DNA of 64,000 bases, from contig DASSKL010000010.1 in assembly GCA_035690485.1 (NCBI GenBank), forward strand, positions 856 to 64,855. Direction: 5' to 3'. Under the pieces are notes generated by a model that was not told the origin of the DNA, searched no databases, and saw nothing but the letters and a program-made list of their open reading frames with translations. The position numbers and the translations under genes were made by a program. The stretch comes from Mycobacteriales bacterium (lineage in GTDB: Bacteria; Actinomycetota; Actinomycetes; JAFAQI01; DASSKL01). Shown here piece after piece: positions 60,073-64,000 of this stretch (position 1 is its first letter; each line of letters opens with the position of its first letter).

Positions 60073-60693
60073 CTATGACTCCTTCACGGCGATCGTCTCG
60101 ACGGTGTCGGCGACGTTCTCGAACGCGTCGGCGGCGGCCTCGAGCTGGTCGACGACCTCCTTGAGCTTCAGCACCATCAGCGCGTCGTAGGTCCCGCTGA
60201 ACAGCTTGGCGAGGAACCGGCGGTAGAGCTGGTCGGCGCGGTTCTCGAGCTCGTTGATGCCGATCCAGTAGTCCTCGAGGTTGTGCAGCGACTGCAGCCG
60301 CCGCAGCCCCTCGGCAGTCGTGACCGCAGCCTGCTGCAGCACCTCGGTGATCGCGGTCAGCTCCGAGGGCAGGTCGTCGAGGTCGTAGAGCACGACCAGG
60401 TCGGAGGCGGCTTCGACGAAGTCCATGACGTCGTCGAGTCGGCTCGCCAGCCGGTAGATGTCCTCGCGGTCGAAGGGCGTCACGAACGTGGAGTTCAGCT
60501 CGCGCAGGATCCGGTGGGTGGCGTCGTCGCCGGCGTGCTCGCAGTCGCGGATCTTCGACGCGATCACCTGCCGGTCGCCGGGGGCGGCGGCGAGGAGGGC
60601 GCTCATGAGGCGGATGCCGTCGACGAGGTTGTCGGCCGAGTCCGTGAACATGTCGTAGAAGGTCGTCTTCGTCGGTCGAAGGCGCAGGCGCAC
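60073..60693 (-). CDS. DUF47 / PhoU-like Pit accessory protein
   Basis: 206 aa; conserved partner immediately upstream of pitA. Confidence 0.8.
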   Translation of the reverse strand: MRLRLRPTKTTFYDMFTDSADNLVDGIRLMSALLAAAPGDRQVIASKIRDCEHAGDDATHRILRELNSTFVTPFDREDIYRLASRLDDVMDFVEAASDLVVLYDLDDLPSELTAITEVLQQAAVTTAEGLRRLQSLHNLEDYWIGINELENRADQLYRRFLAKLFSGTYDALMVLKLKEVVDQLEAAADAFENVADTVETIAVKES

Positions 60694-60694
60694 G

Positions 60695-61057
60695 TCAGAT
60701 CTCCTCGTTCGCGCGGACGCGCGCGGTGACGCGCCGTTCGACCACGAAGGACAGGAAGGGAATGGTGCCGGCGAGGAGCACTCCGACGCTGCGCAGCAGC
60801 GGCCAGCGCAGCCGCATCACGGTCAGCTCGAACGCCGCGAGCACGTAGAGGATGAACAGCAGCCCGTGCACGGTCCACGCGAAACCGACCTGGTGATAAC
60901 CCCCGATGTACTCCAACGGCAGGCCGACAAGGCAGAGGCCGGTGAGCCAGACCCCGACGATGTAGGCCATCACGCGGTAGCGCGTCAGCGAGCCGCCGAT
61001 CCGGTGCGTGCGGCGGCCGGCGGTCCGCGGCGCGGGCCCCTCGGGTGCGGTGGTCAC
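60695..61057 (-). CDS. DUF3817-like small membrane protein
   Basis: Hydrophobic segments YIVGVWLTGLCLVGLPL, HGLLFILYVLAAF; start uncertain. Confidence 0.45.
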   Translation of the reverse strand: MTTAPEGPAPRTAGRRTHRIGGSLTRYRVMAYIVGVWLTGLCLVGLPLEYIGGYHQVGFAWTVHGLLFILYVLAAFELTVMRLRWPLLRSVGVLLAGTIPFLSFVVERRVTARVRANEEI

Positions 61058-61479
61058 GAGCGCGGGTTGGCAGCGAGCCAGGCGAGGTAGGCGTTGTAGG
61101 CGGCCAGCTCCTCGTCGGCGCCGTCGTCGTGGACCGCCACCGAGCTGCGCTGGGCGACAGCGACCGCGACCGCACGGCGGCGTTGCTTCTGGTGGATCGT
61201 CGGCAGCACCGGTGCGAGCTCCTCGGCCAGGTCGTCCGTCGTCGTGTCGGCGGGTTCCTCGTCACGCTCCTTGAGCTCGTCGTGCAGCATCTTGATCCAA
61301 CCGCCGATCGCGAGGATGCCGAACGACCACCACTGGAAGGCGTAGCCGAGGTTCTGGATGTCGTGGGTGCGGGAGCCCCGGCCCCACTGCCACCAGCCGA
61401 GACCTGCGAACGCCGGCTGCGCCAGCACGATCACCACGGTGAGGATCAGCCAGCGGCGGGTGAGCAGGACCTCGCGCAC
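61054..61479 (-). CDS. Hypothetical membrane protein
   Basis: 141 aa; two TM segments and an acidic tail; ATGA-type overlap with the downstream gene. Confidence 0.4.
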   Translation of the reverse strand: MREVLLTRRWLILTVVIVLAQPAFAGLGWWQWGRGSRTHDIQNLGYAFQWWSFGILAIGGWIKMLHDELKERDEEPADTTTDDLAEELAPVLPTIHQKQRRRAVAVAVAQRSSVAVHDDGADEELAAYNAYLAWLAANPRS

Positions 61480-61557
61480 GGCCTCAACGGTACCTGCGCC
61501 GCTCCGAGAAGGAACCTCCGCACCCGTTCCTTGCGCCGGGGCCGCAACGGGCCGGGC

Positions 61558-63363
61558 TCAGCTGCGGCTCAGCGCGTCCTTGGCGTGCTCGGTGAACTCC
61601 GTGAGCTTGCCCTTGAAGCCCTTGGTCGCGATGCCGACGGCGTCCTCGTCGCCGTGCGCCAGACCCTTCATCGTCTTCTTGAGCATCGAGGGCCGCACGT
61701 GCGGCGGCAGCGGGGGGATCTGCGGGTCGGTCACGAACTCCAGCAGCACCGGCCCGTCGGCCGCGAGGGCACGATCCCACGCCGGCCCGACGTCCTCCGG
61801 CCGGTCGACCTTGATGCCCTCGAAGCCGAGCAGCCGGGCGAGCTCCGCGGCGGGCACGTAGGGCACCGTCTGCGTCTCGGGGTTCTTGGGGTCGGCCGAG
61901 AGGACCCGCTGCTCGTAGGAGACCTGGTTGAGGTCCTTGTTGACGAGTACGGCGAAGATCAGCGTCGGGTTCTTCTCGAGCAGCCGCTCCTGGTAGCGCT
62001 TGACGGTCAGCAGCTCGTTCATGCCGAGCATCTGGAAGGCGCCGTCACCGGTGAACGCGATGACCGGCCGCTCGGGGAAGGCGAACTTCGCGCCGATGGC
62101 GTAGGGCACCCCGGGGAGCATCGTGGCGAGCGTGCCGGACAACGACGACTTCATCTCGTCGTGCAGGTAGAGGTGGCGTGCCCACCAGTTCGTCGCCGAG
62201 CCGGAGTCGGACGTCGTTATGACGTCGCGCGGCAACCGCTCGTTGAGCTCCCAGAACACCAGCTGCGGGTTGACCGGGTCGGCCTTCTGGTGGGCCCGCT
62301 CCTCGAGGACCTTGTCCCAGGTGTGCCGCTCCCCCATGATCAGTTTCTGCCAGGAGCGGTCCTTCTTGTGCTGCAGCAGAGGGATCAGCGCTTTGAGCGT
62401 GTCCTTCGAGTCCCCGACGAGCGACACGTCGTTGGGGTAGCGCACCCCGATCATCGAACCGTCGATGTCGATCTCGACGCACTTGGCCGCACCGGGCTCC
62501 GGCAGCCACTCGGCGTAGGGGAAGCTGGTGCCTATCATGAACAGGGTGTCGCAGCCCATCATCATCTTGTGGCTGGGCTCGGTGCCCAGCAGCCCGAGCG
62601 AGCCGGTCACGAAGGGCAGCGTGTCGGGCACGGCGTCCTTGCCGAGCAGCGCCTTCGCGATCCCGGCACCGATCAGGTCGGCGACCTGGAGCACCTCGTC
62701 GCGCGCCTTGGCCGCCCCCTGGCCGATCAGCATCGCAACCTTCTGGCCCTGGTTGAGGACGTCGGCCGCCTGCCGCAGGAGGTCCCCGTCGGGCACCATG
62801 TGCGGCTGGTTCCAGCCGACGCTGGAGAAGACGCTGCCGTGCATGCGCGGTGGTTCGGCGTACTCCGACTCGGCGACGTCGTCGGGGACGATGACAACCG
62901 CCGGGCGCCGCTCGGTCAGGGCGGACTTGATCGCCCGGTCGAGGACGTGGCGGGCGGAGTGCTGGTCCATCACGGTCGAGACGAAGCCGCCGATGTCCTT
63001 GAAGAACGACTGAAGGTCGATCTCCTGCTGGTAGTGCGCCCCGACCGACTGCCGCTTCTGCTGGCCGACGATCGCCAGCACCGGTTGGTGGTCGAGCTTC
63101 GCGTCGTACAACCCGTTGGCGAGGTGGATGGCGCCCGGGCCGGACGTGGCGATGCAGGCACCGATCGTGCCGGTGAACTTCGCGTGGGCGCACGCCATGA
63201 ACGCGGCCATCTCCTCGTGCCGCGTCTGCACGAAGAACGGGTCGTCGCCGACCTTCTCGAAGGCCCCGAGGAAGGCGTTGATGCCATCGCCCGGGTAGCC
63301 GAAGATCCGGTGGATGCCCCAGTCGCGCAGGCGCTCGAGCATGTAGTGGGCAACGTCGGCCAT
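61558..63363 (-). CDS. poxB: Thiamine-diphosphate-dependent pyruvate dehydrogenase (quinone) / pyruvate oxidase (PoxB/CidC family)
   Basis: 601 aa; N-terminal Pyr domain, FAD-binding middle domain, TPP motif GDGAFQM...N. Confidence 0.85.
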   Translation of the reverse strand: MADVAHYMLERLRDWGIHRIFGYPGDGINAFLGAFEKVGDDPFFVQTRHEEMAAFMACAHAKFTGTIGACIATSGPGAIHLANGLYDAKLDHQPVLAIVGQQKRQSVGAHYQQEIDLQSFFKDIGGFVSTVMDQHSARHVLDRAIKSALTERRPAVVIVPDDVAESEYAEPPRMHGSVFSSVGWNQPHMVPDGDLLRQAADVLNQGQKVAMLIGQGAAKARDEVLQVADLIGAGIAKALLGKDAVPDTLPFVTGSLGLLGTEPSHKMMMGCDTLFMIGTSFPYAEWLPEPGAAKCVEIDIDGSMIGVRYPNDVSLVGDSKDTLKALIPLLQHKKDRSWQKLIMGERHTWDKVLEERAHQKADPVNPQLVFWELNERLPRDVITTSDSGSATNWWARHLYLHDEMKSSLSGTLATMLPGVPYAIGAKFAFPERPVIAFTGDGAFQMLGMNELLTVKRYQERLLEKNPTLIFAVLVNKDLNQVSYEQRVLSADPKNPETQTVPYVPAAELARLLGFEGIKVDRPEDVGPAWDRALAADGPVLLEFVTDPQIPPLPPHVRPSMLKKTMKGLAHGDEDAVGIATKGFKGKLTEFTEHAKDALSRS

Positions 63364-63483
63364 CAGTCACTCCTCGTCGGCGGGCTGTCTGTTTCGTCCC
63401 TTTAGCCGTGCCCGGTGTCTCGTCCGGCGACACACCCGCTGGCCCTCAGGTGTCGGCGCCGCCGGCCCGGGAAAGCGCCCTGC

Positions 63484-64000
63484 ATGAGTCCAGGCGTGAG
63501 ATGGCTGCCAGTCCGCATGGAGACCGACACCCCGACCAGGGCGGTGCCCGCCAAGACCGACCCACTGGTGCCCGGCGGCGTCTACTCCTCGGCCGTGATC
63601 GACGTGGCGGGTCTCGAACGCGCGCTGCGCAAGGGCATCACCGGCGAGGTGCGTTTCGACAAGGGCTCGAAGGCGATGTACGCCAACGACGCCTCGAACT
63701 TCCGCCAGGTGCCCATCGGCGTGGTCATCCCGAAGACCGTCGACGACATCGTCACCGCGCATCGCATCTGCCACCGGTTCGGCGCCCCGATCACCAACCG
63801 CGGCGGCGGCACCAGCCTGTCTGGGGAGACCGTCAACTGGGCGGTGATCATCGACAACTCGAAGTACCTGACGGAGATCGGCGGCCTCGACGTGCCCGGC
63901 CGCAAGGTCACCGTGCAGCCGGGGGTCATCAACGAGCAGCTGAACAAGCACACCGGCGAGCAGAACCTCGTCTTCGGACCCGACCCCTCCTCCCACTCCC
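63484..64000 (+). CDS. FAD-linked oxidase (FAD_binding_4 / GlcD-like), N-terminal part; continues beyond window
   Basis: Absent from the ORF track (no stop in window); + frame reads MSPGVRWLPVRMETDT...RFGAPITNRGGGTSLSGETV, the FAD-binding PCMH signature. Confidence 0.55.
   Translation, partial: MSPGVRWLPVRMETDTPTRAVPAKTDPLVPGGVYSSAVIDVAGLERALRKGITGEVRFDKGSKAMYANDASNFRQVPIGVVIPKTVDDIVTAHRICHRFGAPITNRGGGTSLSGETVNWAVIIDNSKYLTEIGGLDVPGRKVTVQPGVINEQLNKHTGEQNLVFGPDPSSHS

Noticed and set aside
63367-63996. 209-aa minus-strand ORF at the window end
   Set aside because: Opposite strand of a clear FAD_binding_4 oxidase N-terminus (RGGGTSLSG) on the plus strand.

Overview
This 64-kb window comes from a high-GC (about 70%) Actinomycetota chromosome. 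The core gene order closely matches the Mycobacterium tuberculosis ppx-eno-mazG-mfd-pth-rplY-prsA-glmU / ispE-ksgA-rpfB-tatD-metS-rsmI-pmt / rimJ-moeA-galU neighbourhood, as recalled from memory.

Two accessory insertions interrupt this backbone. The first is a roughly 10-kb integrative mobilizable element in the 3' end of a tRNA-Ala(CGC) gene, bounded by 33-bp perfect direct repeats (30091-30123 and 40112-40144). It carries a tyrosine integrase, an Xis-like HTH protein, a MobF/TraA relaxase-helicase preceded by an iteron-rich non-coding region, an AbiEi/AbiEii-like HTH-nucleotidyltransferase pair, an ECF sigma / DUF4232 anti-sigma pair, and a Cys-rich secreted protein. No T4SS, coupling protein or FtsK-like translocase is visible. 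The second is a small island next to tRNA-Gln with a frameshifted low-GC remnant ORF, a membrane desaturase, a TetR regulator, a DUF72 protein and a Tam-methyltransferase/VOC fusion.

The most unusual chromosomal locus is a predicted cobalamin riboswitch (about 53.13-53.29 kb). It precedes an LPxTG-anchored alpha/alpha-toroid (prenyltransferase/squalene-cyclase-like) protein, a DUF4430-like secreted protein, and an ECF transporter (EcfT, fused EcfA-A', S component). I read this as a possible split, sortase-anchored transcobalamin-like B12-capture module feeding an ECF importer.

Many adjacent genes overlap by 4 nt (GTGA/ATGA), which suggests translational coupling. All calls rest on reading the six-frame translations and the DNA by eye. 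No database search was run.
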